A DNA stretch of 64,000 nt from Eledone cirrhosa. Taxonomy: Eukaryota. Every line of letters begins with the position of its first letter. The first letter of the stretch is position 1. The stretch covers positions 19,840,001 through 19,904,000 of the forward strand of contig OZ024764.1 of assembly GCA_964016885.1 (NCBI GenBank), in the 5' to 3' direction. Shown here piece after piece: positions 24,559-37,900 of the stretch. The notes under the pieces are model-generated. The model was not told where the DNA came from and made no database searches. It was given only the letters and a program-made list of their open reading frames with translations. The position numbers were made by a program, and so were the translations under genes.

Positions 24559-25337
24559 TTAATCTGCAAAATTTGAAACCAGAAAGTAAATATTTCTAAA
24601 GATTTGTAAAAGCATTAATTTTTTACGTTTTTGTTAGATTTCGAAACATGCAAAAAATCAGAAAAACGTAAAAAGATTAATGCGGAAGTATATATTTCGA
24701 CTATGAACTCTTTTTCGAAAAAACTAAAAAAAATTGATTATATAAGGTTTTCGAAAAACCTAAAAAAATCAATATTTGAAATCAGATATAAAAGTATAAA
24801 AAAATCAGATATAAAAGTAAAAAAGTATTAACTTCTGATTTCGAAAACTGATTTTTTAGGTTTTTCGAAAAAAGTTTAATCTGCAAAATTTGAAACCAGG
24901 AAGTAGATATTTCGAAAGATTTGTAAAAGCATTAATTTGTTACGTTTTTTTTAGATTTCGAAACATGCAAAAAATCAGAAAGACGTAAAAAGATTAATGC
25001 GGAAGTATATATTTCGACTATGAACTCTTTTTAGAAAAAACTAAAAAAAATTGATTATATAAGGTTTTCGAAAAACCTAAAAAAATCAATATTTGAAATC
25101 AGATATAAAAGTATAAAAAAATCAGATATAAAAGTATAAAAAAATCAGATATAAAAGTATAAAAAAAATTAATATGCGTTTTTCAAATTGCGTTTTTCGA
25201 AATATTAACTTCTTATTTCGAAAACTGATTTTTTTAGGTTTTTCGAAAAAAGTTTAATCTGCAAAATTTGAAGCCAGGAAGTAGATATTTCGAAAGATTT
25301 GTAAAAGCATTAATTTGTTACGTTTTTTTTTAGATTT
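24559..25337. repeat. Satellite A (AT-rich, TTCGAA-rich, variable ~225-440 bp monomers)
   Basis: Anchor taatctgcaaaatttgaa(a/g)cca recurs at 24560, 24877 and 25255. Confidence 0.97.
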
Positions 25338-28300
25338 AAACCCCAACCCCAAGACTTAGACTTAGACATAAACCCCAAACCGAAGCTTTAAGACTTAAAC
25401 TTAAACCCTAACCCCAAGCCTTAGACTTAGACTTAAACCCCAACCACTAGCATTAGACTTAGACTTAAACTCCAAGCTATAGACATAGATTTAAACCTCA
25501 ACTTCAAGACTTAGACTTAGACTTAAACCCCAACCTCAAGCCTTAGACTTAAAACCTAACCCCAAGCCTTAGCCCAGCTTGTAAACTTAAACCCCAACCG
25601 AAAGTCTTAGATTTAGACTTAAACCCCAACCACAAGCATTAGACTTAGACTTACCCCAACCATAAGTCTTAGATTTAGACTTAAACCCCAAGCCATAGAC
25701 ATAGATTTAAACACCAACCTCAAACCTTAGACGTAGACTTAAACCCCAACCTCAAGCCTTAGACTTAGACTTGAACCTCAACCCCAAGCCTTAGACTTAG
25801 ACTTAAAACCTAACCACTAGTATTAGACTTAGACTTAAACTCCAAGCCATAGACATAGATTTAAACACCAACCTCAAGACTTAGCAATAGACTTAAACCC
25901 CAGCTCCAAGCCTTAGACTTGGTCTTAAACCCCAACCACATTAGACTTAGACTTAGACTTAAACCCAAAATCCAAGCCTTAGACTTAAACTTAAACCCCA
26001 ACCCGAAGCTTTAGACATCGACATAAACCCCAACCAATAGCATTAGACTTAGACTTAAACCCCAACATTAAGCCTTAGACTTCGAGTTAAACCCCAAGCC
26101 ATACACATAGATTCAAACCCCAACACCAAGCCTTAGACTTAGAGTTGAATCCCAACCCCAAGTCTTAGATTTGGACTTAAATCCCAACAACTAGACTTAG
26201 ACTTAGACTTAAACCCAATCCTTAGACTTAGACTTAAACCCCCAACACCAAGCCTTAGACATAAACCCTAACCCCAAGCCTTAGACTTAAACCCCAACCT
26301 TTTGACTTAGACTTAACCCCAACCTTAAGCCTTAGACTTAGACTTGAACCCCAAGCCTAAGACTTAGACTTAAAACCCAACCACTAGCATTAGACTTAGA
26401 CTTAAACTCCACGCCATAGACATAGATTTAAACCCCAAACTCAAGACTTAGACTTAGAGTTAAACCCCAGCTCCAAGCCTTAAACTTAGACTTAAACCCC
26501 AACCCCAAGTCTTAGACTTAGACTTAACCCCAACCTTAAGCCTTAGACTTAGACTTGAACCCCAACCCCAAGCCTAAGACTTAGACTTTAAACCCAACCA
26601 CTAGCATTAGACTTAGACTTAAACTCCACGCCATAGACATAGATTTAAACCCCAACCTCAAGACTTAGACTTAGAGTTAAACCCCAGCTCCAAGCCTTAA
26701 ACTTAGACTTAAACCCCAACCCCAAGACTTAGACTTAGACATAAAGCCCAAACCCAAGCATTTGACTTAGACTTAAATCCAACACCAACCCTTAGACATA
26801 CACTTAAACACCAACCAAAAGGCTTAGACTTAGACTTAAACCCCAACCCAAAGCCTTAGACTTAGACATAAACCCCAACCCAAAGCCTTAGACTTAGACT
26901 TACACCCCAACCCCTTACCTTAGACGTAAACTTAAACCCCAACTCCAAGACTTAGACTTAGATTTAAATCCCAACCTCAAGCCTTAGACTTAGACACTAA
27001 CCCCAAACCAAAGCCTTAGACTTAGAATTAAACCCCAACCCCAAGTCTTATACATAGACTTAAACCACAACCCCAAGCCTTAGAATTAAACCCTTATAAC
27101 AAGCTTTAGACTTACAACTTAACCCCAAACCCCAACACGTAAACTTAAAAACCAACACAAATCCTTAGACTTAGACTTAAACCCCAATCCCAAGCCTTAG
27201 ACATAGACTTAAACCCCAACCCCATGTTTAGACTTCTACATAAAACCCAACCACAAGCCTTAGACGTAGACTTAAACCCCAACCTTAAGTCTTAGACTTA
27301 GACTTAATCCCCAACATTAAGCTTTAGACTTAGACTTAAACCCTAAGCCTTAGACATGGATTTAGACCCCAACCACAAGCCTTAGACTTAGACTTACACC
27401 CCAAATCCAAGCCTTAGATTTAAAGACTAATACCAACTCTTAGACTTAGACTTAAACCACAAACCCAAGCCTTAGACGTAAAATTAAACCCCAACTCCAA
27501 GACTTAGACTTAAACCCCAACCTCAAGCCTTACACGTAGTCTTAAACCCCAAACCAAAGCCTTAGAGTTAGACTTAAACTCCAAGCCTTCGACATGACTT
27601 AAACCCCTACCCCAAGCTTTAGACTTAGACGTAAACCCCAACGCCAAGCCTTAGAATTAAATCCTAACCACAACACTTAGTCTTAAACCCGAACCCCAAC
27701 CTTATCCTTATAATTAGATTTATACCCCAAACCCAAGCCTTAGACTTAGACTTAAACCCTAACGCCAAGCATTAGATTTATACTCACATCCTAACCCCAA
27801 GCCTTAGCCTTAGACTTAAACCCTTACCCCATGCCTTAGTCTTAGACATAAACCCCAACCACACGCCTTATACTTAGACTCAAACCCCAACACCAAGCCT
27901 TAGACTTAGATTTAAACCCGAACCCCAAGCCTTAGACTTAGATTTACACCACAACCCCAAACCATAGAGTTAGACTTGAAGATCAAGCACAAGCGTTAGA
28001 CTTAGATTTATACACCAAGCCCAAGCCTTAGACTTCGACTTAAACCCCAACCACAAGCATAAGACTTAGACTTAAACCTTACACTTAAAAACCAACACCA
28101 AGCCTTAGTCGTAGACTTAAACCTCTACCGAAAGCCTTCGAATTAAACTGAAACCCCAAACCGAAGCTTTAGACTTAAACTTAAACCCTAACCCCAAGCC
28201 TTAGACTTAGACTTAAACCCCAACCACTAGCATTAGACTTAGACTTAAACTCCAAGCCATAGACATAGATTTAAACCTCAACTTCAAGACTTAGACTTAG

Positions 28301-31300
28301 ACTTAAACCCCAACCTCAAGCCTTAGACTTAAAACCTAACCCCAAGCCTTAGCCCAGCTTGTAAACTTAAACCCCAACCGAAAGTCTTAGATTTAGACTT
28401 AAACCCCAACCACAAGCATTAGACTTAGACTTACCCCAACCATAAGTCTTAGATTTAGACTTAAACCCCAAGCCATAGACATAGATTTAAACACCAACCT
28501 CAAACCTTAGACGTAGACTTAAACCCCAACCTCAAGCCTTAGACTTAGACTTGAACCTCAACCCCAAGCCTTAGACTTAGACTTAAAACCTAACCACTAG
28601 TATTAGACTTAGACTTAAACTCCAAGCCATAGACATAGATTTAAACACCAACCTCAAGACTTAGCAATAGACTTAAACCCCAGCTCCAAGCCTTAGACTT
28701 GGTCTTAAACCCCAACCACATTAGACTTAGACTTAGACTTAAACCCAAAATCCAAGCCTTAGACTTAAACTTAAACCCCAACCCGAAGCTTTAGACATCG
28801 ACATAAACCCCAACCAATAGCATTAGACTTAGACTTAAACCCCAACATTAAGCCTTAGACTTCGAGTTAAACCCCAAGCCATACACATAGATTCAAACCC
28901 CAACACCAAGCCTTAGACTTAGAGTTGAATCCCAACCCCAAGTCTTAGATTTGGACTTAAATCCCAACAACTAGACTTAGACTTAGACTTAAACCCAATC
29001 CTTAGACTTAGACTTAAACCCCCAACACCAAGCCTTAGACATAAACCCTAACCCCAAGCCTTAGACTTAAACCCCAACCTTTTGACTTAGACTTAACCCC
29101 AACCTTAAGCCTTAGACTTAGACTTGAACCCCAAGCCTAAGACTTAGACTTAAAACCCAACCACTAGCATTAGACTTAGACTTAAACTCCACGCCATAGA
29201 CATAGATTTAAACCCCAACCTCAAGACTTAGACTTAGAGTTAAACCCCAGCTCCAAGCCTTAAACTTAGACTTAAACCCCAACCCCAAGTCTTAGACTTA
29301 GACTTAACCCCAACCTTAAGCCTTAGACTTAGACTTGAACCCCAACCCCAAGCCTAAGACTTAGACTTAAAACCCAACCACTAGCATTAGACTTAGACTT
29401 AAACTCCACGCCATAGACATAGATTTAAACCCCAACCTCAAGACTTAGACTTAGAGTTAAACCCCAGCTGCAAGCCTCAGAATTAAACTATAACCACAAG
29501 CCTTAGACAGAAACCCCATCCCCAAGCCTTAGACTTTGACTTAAATACCAACTCCTAGCCTTTGACTTAACATTAAACCCCAACCCCCAGCCTTAAATTT
29601 AGTCTTAAACCTCGACCCCCAATCCTTAGACTTAGATTTAAATACCAGCCCCAGGCCTTAGACATAGACTTAAAACACAACCAAAGCCTTAGTCATAGAT
29701 ATAATCCCCAACACCAATCCTTAGACTTAGACTTACTCGCCAATATTAAGCTGTAGACTTAGACTTTAACCCCAAGCCTTAGTGATAGATTTAAACCCCA
29801 ACCACAAGCCTTTGACTTAGACTTACACCCCAATCCCAAGCCTTAGAGTTAGACTTGAAGATCAAGCGCAAATGTTGGACTTAGATTTGAAACCCAACCA
29901 CAAGCATAAGACTTAGACTTAAACCCCAACCCCAAGCCTTAGACTTAGAGACCAACCCCAAGCCTTAGTCGCAGACTTAAACCTCTACCAAAAGCCTTAG
30001 AATTAAACTTAAACCCCATACCGAAGCTATAGACTTAAACTTAAACCCTAACCCCAAGCCTTAGACTTAAACTTAAATCCCAATCCCAAGCCTTAGACTT
30101 AAAACTTACCCCAAACATAAGCCTTAGATTTAGACTTAAACCCCAAGCCATAGACATAGATTTAAGCCCCAACCTCAAGCCTTAGACGTAGACTTAAACG
30201 CCAACCTCAAGCCTTAGACTTAGATTTTAACGTCAACCCCAAGGCTTAGACTTAGACTTGAGACCCAACTACTAGCCTTAGACTTTACATTAAACACCAA
30301 CCCCAAGCCTTAGACTTAGATTTAAACCTCAACCCCAGGCCTTAGACTTAGACTTAAATCACAACCCAAAGCCTTAGACATAGATTTAATCCCCAACACC
30401 AAGCCTTAGAGATAGACTTAAACCCAAACCCCAAGCCTTAGCCTTAGACTTAAATCACAAGCCCAAGCCTTAGACTTAAAACCCAACCACTAGCATTAGA
30501 CTTAGATTTAAACCCTAACACCAAGTCTTGCACTTAGACCTTAACCCGAAGCCTTAGGCTTAAACCCCAACCCCAAGCTTTAGACTTAGGCTTAAACCCC
30601 AACTCCAAGCTTTTGAATTAAACCATAACCACAAGGCTTAGACATAAACCCCAACCCTAAGCCTTAGTGTTAGACTTAAACACCAACTCCTAGCCTTAGA
30701 CTTAAACTTAAACCCCAACCCCAAACCTTTGACTTAAACCACAACCCAAAGTCTTAGACTTAGACATAAACAACAAGCCATAGACATATATTTAAACCCC
30801 AACCACATGACTTAGACTTAGACTTCAACCGCAGCTCCAAGCTTAGATTTAAACTCAAACCCCAAGACTTAGACTTAGACTTAAACCCCAACCCCAAGTC
30901 TTAGACTTAGACTTAAACCTCAACCCAAAGCATTAGACTTAGACTTAAACCTCAAACCCAAGACTTAGACTTAGACTGAAAGTCCAACTAAAAGCCTTAG
31001 ACTTAAACCCCAACTCCAAGGCTTAGACTTAGAATTAAACGTCAACCCTCAGCCTTAGACTCAGAATTACACCCCAACCCCAAGCCTTAGACTTAGACTT
31101 AAAGCCCAACTCCAGGATTTAGATTTAAACCCAACCCTTAAACTTAGACTTAAACCCCAACTCTAAAACTTAGGCTTAGACTTAAACCCCAACCTCAAGC
31201 CTTAGACGTAGACATTAACCCCAAACCAAAGCCTTAGAATTAGAATTAAACCCTAACCCAAAGCTTTATACATAGACTTAAACCACAACAGCAAGCCTTA

Positions 31301-31983
31301 CAATTAAACCCTAACAACATGTCTTAATCGTAAATAAACTTAAACCCAAACCAAGCCTTAGACATAGACTTAAACCCCAACCCCAAGCTTTAGCCTCAGA
31401 GTTGAACCCCAACCCCAAGTTAGACTTAAACCCCAACCACTAGCATTAGACTTACACTTAAACACCAACTCATTAGCCTTAGATTTACACTTAAACCCCA
31501 AACCCAAGAATTAAACCATAAACACAAGCCTTAGACTTAAACCCAAAAGCCAAGTCTTCGACTTAGGCTTAAACCCCAACCCAAAGCCTTAGACTTAGAC
31601 TTAAACCCCAACCTCAAGCCTCAGACTTAGACTTATAGCGCAACGCTTAGACTTAGACTTAACCCCAACCCCTAGCCTTAGACGTAAACTTAAACACCAA
31701 CCCCTAAACTTAGACTTAAACCCTAACCACAAGCCTTAGACTTAGACGTTAACCCCAACCCAAAGCTTACATTTAAACCCCAAACCCAAGCCTCAGACTT
31801 AGATTTAAACCCCAACCCCTAGCCTTAGACGTAACCTTAAACTTAGACTTACACATAAACCCCAAACTCAAGCCTTAGACTTAGACTTGAACCACAAATA
31901 CAAGCTTTAGACTTAGACTTAAACCCCAACCCCAACCCTTAGACATAGACTTAAACCCCAACATCAAGCCTTAGACTTAAACC
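25338..31983. repeat. Satellite B block 1 (32-bp consensus AAACCCCAACCCCAAGCCTTAGACTTAGACTT)
   Basis: Degenerate tandem array built from CCCCAA and TTAGAC hexamers; period 32 (e.g. 26841/26873). Confidence 0.97.
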
Positions 31984-34900
31984 TAAAAAAAATCAATATT
32001 TGAAATCAGTTATAAATATTTCTAAAAGTATAAACAAATTGATTTGCGTTTTTCGAAATATTAACTTCTGAATTCAAAAACTGATTTTTATAAAAAAATC
32101 AATATTTGAAATCAGATATAAATATTTCTAAAAGTATAAAAAAATCGATTATATAAGGTTTTCGAAAAAAAATTAATATGCGTTTTCCAAATTGCATTTT
32201 CCAAAATATTAACTTCTAATTTCGAAAACTGATTTTTTTAGGTTTTTCGAAAAAAATTTAATCTGCAAAATTTGAAACCAGAAAGTAAATATTTCGAAAG
32301 ATTTGTAAAAGCATTAAATTTTTACGTTTTTTTTAGATTTCGAAATATGCAAAAAATCAGAATAACGTAAAAAGATTAATGCAGAAGTATATATTTCGAA
32401 AAACCTAAAAAAATCAATATTTGAAATCAGATATAAATATTTTTAAAAGTATAAAAAAATTGATATAAAGTTTTCGAAAAAAAATTAATGTGTTTTTCAA
32501 ATTGCGTTTTTCAAATTGCGTTTTTCGAAGTATTAACTTCTGATTTCGAAAACTGATTTTTTTAGGTTTTTCGAAAAAAGTTTAATCTGCAAAATTTGAA
32601 ACCAGGAAGTAGATATTTCGAAAGATTTGTAAAAGCACTAATTTGTTACGTTTTTTTTAGATTTACATGCAAAAAAACCAAAAAACGTAAAAAGATTAAT
32701 GTTTCGAAAAACCTAAAAAAAATTACTTATATAAGGTTTTCGAAAAACCTAAAAAAAATCAATATTTCGAAATATTAACTTCTGATTTCGAAAACTAATT
32801 TTTTAGGTTTTTCGAAAAAAATTTAATCTGCAAAATTTGAAACCAGAAAGTAAATATTTCTAAAGATTTGTAAAAGCATTAATTTTTAAAGTTTTTTTTT
32901 AGATTTCGAAACATGCAAAAAATCAGAAAAACGTAAAAAGATTAATGCCGAAGTATATATTTCGACTATGACTCACAGTCATTCTTTTTTCGAAAAACCT
33001 AAAAAAAATTGATTATTTATATAATCAATTTTTTCGAAAAACCTAAAAAATCAATATTTGAAATAAGATATAAATATTTCTAAAAGTATAAAAAAATTGA
33101 TTATTTGTAAAAGCATTAATTTTTTACGTTTTTTTTAAATTTCGAAACATGCAAAAGATCAGAAAAACGTAAAAAGATTAATGCGGAAGTATATATTTCG
33201 ACTATGAACTCTTTTTCAAAAAAACTAAAAAAAATTGATTATATAAGGTTTTCGAAAAACCTAAAAAAATCAATATTTGAAATCAGATATAAATATTTCT
33301 AAAAGTATAAAAAAATCGATTATTTAAGGTTTTCGAAAAAAAATTAATATGCGTTTTTCAAATTGCATTTTTCGAAATATTAACTTCTGATTTCGAAAAC
33401 TGATTTTTTTAGGTTTTTCGAAAAAAGTTTAATCTGCAAAATTTGAAACCAGGAAGTAGATATTTCGAAAGATTTGTAAAAGTATTAATTTGTTACGTTT
33501 TTTTTAGATTTACATGCAAAAAAACCGAAAAACGTAAAAAGATTAATGCAGAAGTATATATGAACTCTTTTTCGAAAAACCTAAAAAAAATCAATATTTC
33601 GAAATATTAACTTCTGATTTCGAAACTGATTTTTTTGGTTTTTCGAAAAAAATTTAATCTGCAAAATTTGAAACCAGAAAGTAAATATTTCTAAAGATTT
33701 GTAAAAGCATTAATTTTTTACGTTTTTGTTAGATTTCGAAACATGCAAAAAATCAGAAAAACGTAAAAAGATTAATGCGGAAGTATATATTTCGACTATG
33801 AACTCTTTTTAGAAAAAACTAAAAAAAATTGATTATATAAGGTTTTCGAAAAACCTAAAAAAATCAATATTTGAAATCAGATATAAAAGTATAAAAAAAT
33901 TGATTATATAAGGTTTTCGAAAAACCTAAAAAAATCAATATTTGAAATCGGATATAAATATTTCTAAAAGTATAAAAAAATCGATTATATAAGGTTTTCG
34001 AAAAAAAATTAATATGCGTTTTCCAAATTGCTTTTTTCTAAATATTAACTTCTGATTTCGAAAACTGATTTTTTTAGGTTTTTCGAAAAAAATTTAATCT
34101 ACAAAATTTGAAACCAGAAAGTAAATATTTCGAAAGATTTGTAAAAGCATTAAATTTTTACGTTTTTTTTAGATTTCGAAATATGCAAAAAATCAGAAAA
34201 ACGTAAAAAGATTAATGCAGAAGTATATATGAACTCTTTTTCGAAAAACCTAAAAAAAATTAATTATATAAGGTTTTCGAAAAACCTAAAAAAAAATCAA
34301 TATTTCGAAATATTAACTTCTGATTTCGAAAACTGATTTTTTAGGTTTTTCGAAAAAAGTTTAATCTGCAAAATTTGAAACCAGGAAGTAGATATTTCGA
34401 AAGATTTGTAAAAGCATTAATTTGTTAGGTTTTTTTTAGATTTACATGCAAAAAAACCGAAAAACGTAAAAAGATTAATGCAGAAGTATATATGAACTCT
34501 TTTTCGAAAAACCTAAAAAAAATTAATTATATAAGGTTTTCGAAAAACCTAAAAAAAATCAATATTTCGAAATATTAACTTCTGATTTCGAAAACTGATT
34601 TTTTAGGTTTTTCGAAAAAAATTTAATCTGCAAAATTTGAAACCAGAAAGTAAATATTTCTAAAGATTTGTAAAAGCATTAATTTTTTACGGTCTTTTTA
34701 GATTTCGAAACATGCAAAAAATCAGAAAAACGTAAAAAGATTAATGCGGAAGTATATATTTCGACTATGAACTCTTTTTCGAAAAAACTAAAAAAATTTG
34801 ATTATATAAGGTTTTCGAAAGACCTAAAAAAATCAATATTTGAAATCGGATATAAATATTTCTAAAAGTATAAAAAAATCGATTATATAAGGTTTTCGAA

Positions 34901-37900
34901 AAAAAATTAATATGCGTTTTCCAAATTGCTTTTTTCGAAATATTAACTTCTGATTTCGAAAACTGATTTTTTTAGGTTTTTCGAAAAAAATTTAATCTAC
35001 AAAATTTGAAACCAGAAAGTAAATATTTCGAAAGATTTGTAAAAGCATTAAATTTTTACGTTTTTTTTAGATTTCGAAATATGCAAAAAATCAGAATAAC
35101 GTAAAAAGATTAATGCAGAAGTATATATTTCGAAAAACCTAAAAAAAATTGATTATATAAGGTTCCGAAAAACCTAAAAAAATCAATATTTGAAATCAGA
35201 TATAAATATTTTTAAAAGTATAAAAAAATTGATTATATAAAGTTTTCGAAAAAAAATTAATATGTGTTTTTCAAATTGCGTTTTTCAAATTGCGTTTTTC
35301 GAAGTATTAACTTCTGATTTCGAAAACTGATTTTTTTAGGTTTTTCGAAAAAAGTTTAATCTGCAAAATTTGAAACCAGGAAGTAGATATTTCGAAAGAT
35401 TTGTAAAAGCATTAATTTGTTACGTTTTTTTTAGATTTACATGCAAAAAAACCGAAAAACGTAAAAAGATTAATGCAGAAGTATATATGAACTCTTTTTC
35501 GAAAAACATAAAAAAAATTAATTATATAAGGTTTTCGAAAAACCTAAAAAAAATCAATATTTCGAAATATTAACTTCTGATTTCGAAAACTGATTTTTTA
35601 GGTTTTTCGAAAAAAATTTAATCTGCAAAATTTGAAACCAGAAAGTAAATATTTCTAAAGATTTGTAAAAGCATTAATTTTTTACGTTTTTGTTAGATTT
35701 CGAAACATGCAAAAAATCAGAAAAACGTAAAAAGATTAATGCGGAAGTATATATTTCGACTATGAACTCTTTTTCGAAAAAACTAAAAAAAATTGATTAT
35801 ATAAGGTTTTCGAAAAACCTAAAAAAATCAATATTTGAAATCAGATATAAAAGTATAAAAAAATTGATTATATAAGGTTTTCGAAAAACCTAAAAAAATC
35901 AATATTTGAAATCGGATATAAATATTTCTAAAAGTATAAAAAAATCGATTATATAAGGTTTTCGAAAAAAAATTAATATGCGTTTTCCAAATTGCATTTT
36001 CCGAAATATTAACTTCTGATTTCGAAAACTGATTTTTTTAGGTTTTTCGAAAAAAATTTAATCTGCAAAATTTGAAACCAGAAAGTAAATATTTCTAAAG
36101 ATTTGTAAAAGCATTAATTTTTTACGTTTTTTTTAGATTTCGAAACATGCAAAAAATCTGAAAAACGTAAAAAGATTAATACAGAAGTATATATTTCGAC
36201 TATGACTCACAGTCATTCTTTTTTCGAAAAACCTAAAAAAAATTGATTATTTATATAATCAATTTTTTCGAAAAACCTAAAAAATCAATATTTGAAATAA
36301 GATATAAATATTTCTAAAAGTATAAAAAAATTGATTATTTGTAAAATCAATTTTTTACGTTTTTTTTAGATTTCGAAATATGCAAATCAGAATAACGTAA
36401 AAAGATTAATGCAGAAGTATATATTTCGAAAAACCTAAAAAAATTGATTATATAAGGTTCCGAAAAACCTAAAAAAATCAATATTTGAAATCAGATATAA
36501 ATATTTTTAAAAGTATAAAAAAATTGATTATATAAAGTTTTCGAAAAAAAATTAATATGTGTTTTTCAAATTGCGTTTTTCAAATTGCGTTTTTCGAAAT
36601 ATTAACTTCTGATTTCCAAAACTGATTTTTTTAGGTTTTTCGAAAAAAGTTTAATCTGCAAAATTTGAAACCAGGAAGTAGATATTTCGAAAGATTTGTA
36701 AAAGCATTAATTTGTTACGTTTTTTTTAGATTTACATGCAAAAAAACCGAAAAACGTAAAAAGATTAATGCAGAAGTATATATGAACTCTTTTTCGAAAA
36801 ACCTAAAAAAAATTAATTATATAAGGTTTTCGAAAAACCTAAAAAAAATCAATATTTCGAAATATTAACTTCTGATTTCGAAAACTGATTTTTTAGGTTT
36901 TTCGAAAAAAATTTAATCTGCAAAATTTGAAACCAGAAAGTAAATATTTCTAAAGATTTGTAAAAGCATTAATTTTTTACGGTTTTTTTAGATTTCGAAA
37001 CATGCAAAAAATCAGAAAAACGTAAAAAGATTAATGCGGAAGTATATATTTCGACTATGAACTCTTTTTCGAAAAAACTAAAAAAATTTGATTATATAAG
37101 GTTTTCGAAAGACCTAAAAAAATCAATATTTGAAATCAGATATAAAAGTATAAAAAAATCAGATATAAAAGTATTAAAAAATTGATTATATAAGGTTTTC
37201 GAAAAAAAATTATGCGTTTTCCGAATTGCATTTTCCGAAATATTAACTTCTCATTTCAAAAAATGATTTTTTTAGGTTTTTCGAAAAAAATTTAATCTGC
37301 AAAATTTGAAACCAGAAAGTAAATATTTCTAAAGATTTGTAAAAGCATTAAATTTTTACATTTTTTTTAGATTTCGAAATATGCAAAACATCAGAATAAC
37401 GTAAAAAGATTAATGCAGAAGTATATATTTCGAAAAAACTAAAAAAAATTGATTATATAAGGTTTCGAAAAACCTAAAAAAATCAATATTTGAAATCAGA
37501 TATATATATTTTTAAAAGTATAAAAAAATTGATTATATAAAGTTTTCGAAAAAAAATTAATATGTGTTTTTCAAATTGCGTTTTTCAAATTGTGTTTTTC
37601 GAAGTATTAACTTCTGATTTCGAAAACTGATTTTTTTAGGTTTTTCGAAAAGAGTTTAATCTGCAAAATTTGAAACCAGGAAGTAGATATTTCGAAAGAT
37701 TTGTAAAAGCATTAATTTGTTACGTTTTTTTTAGATTTCGAAACATGCAAAAAATCAGAAAGACGTAAAAAGATTAATGCGGAAGTATATATTTCGACTA
37801 TGAACTCTTTTTAGAAAAAACTAAAAAAAATTGATTATATAAAGTTTTCGAAAAACCTAAAAAAATCAATATTTGAAATCAGATATAAAAGTATAAAAAA

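Noticed and set aside
25338-31983. True telomere array
   Set aside because: Canonical CCCTAA is sporadic; the block is internal and flanked by satellite A on both sides.
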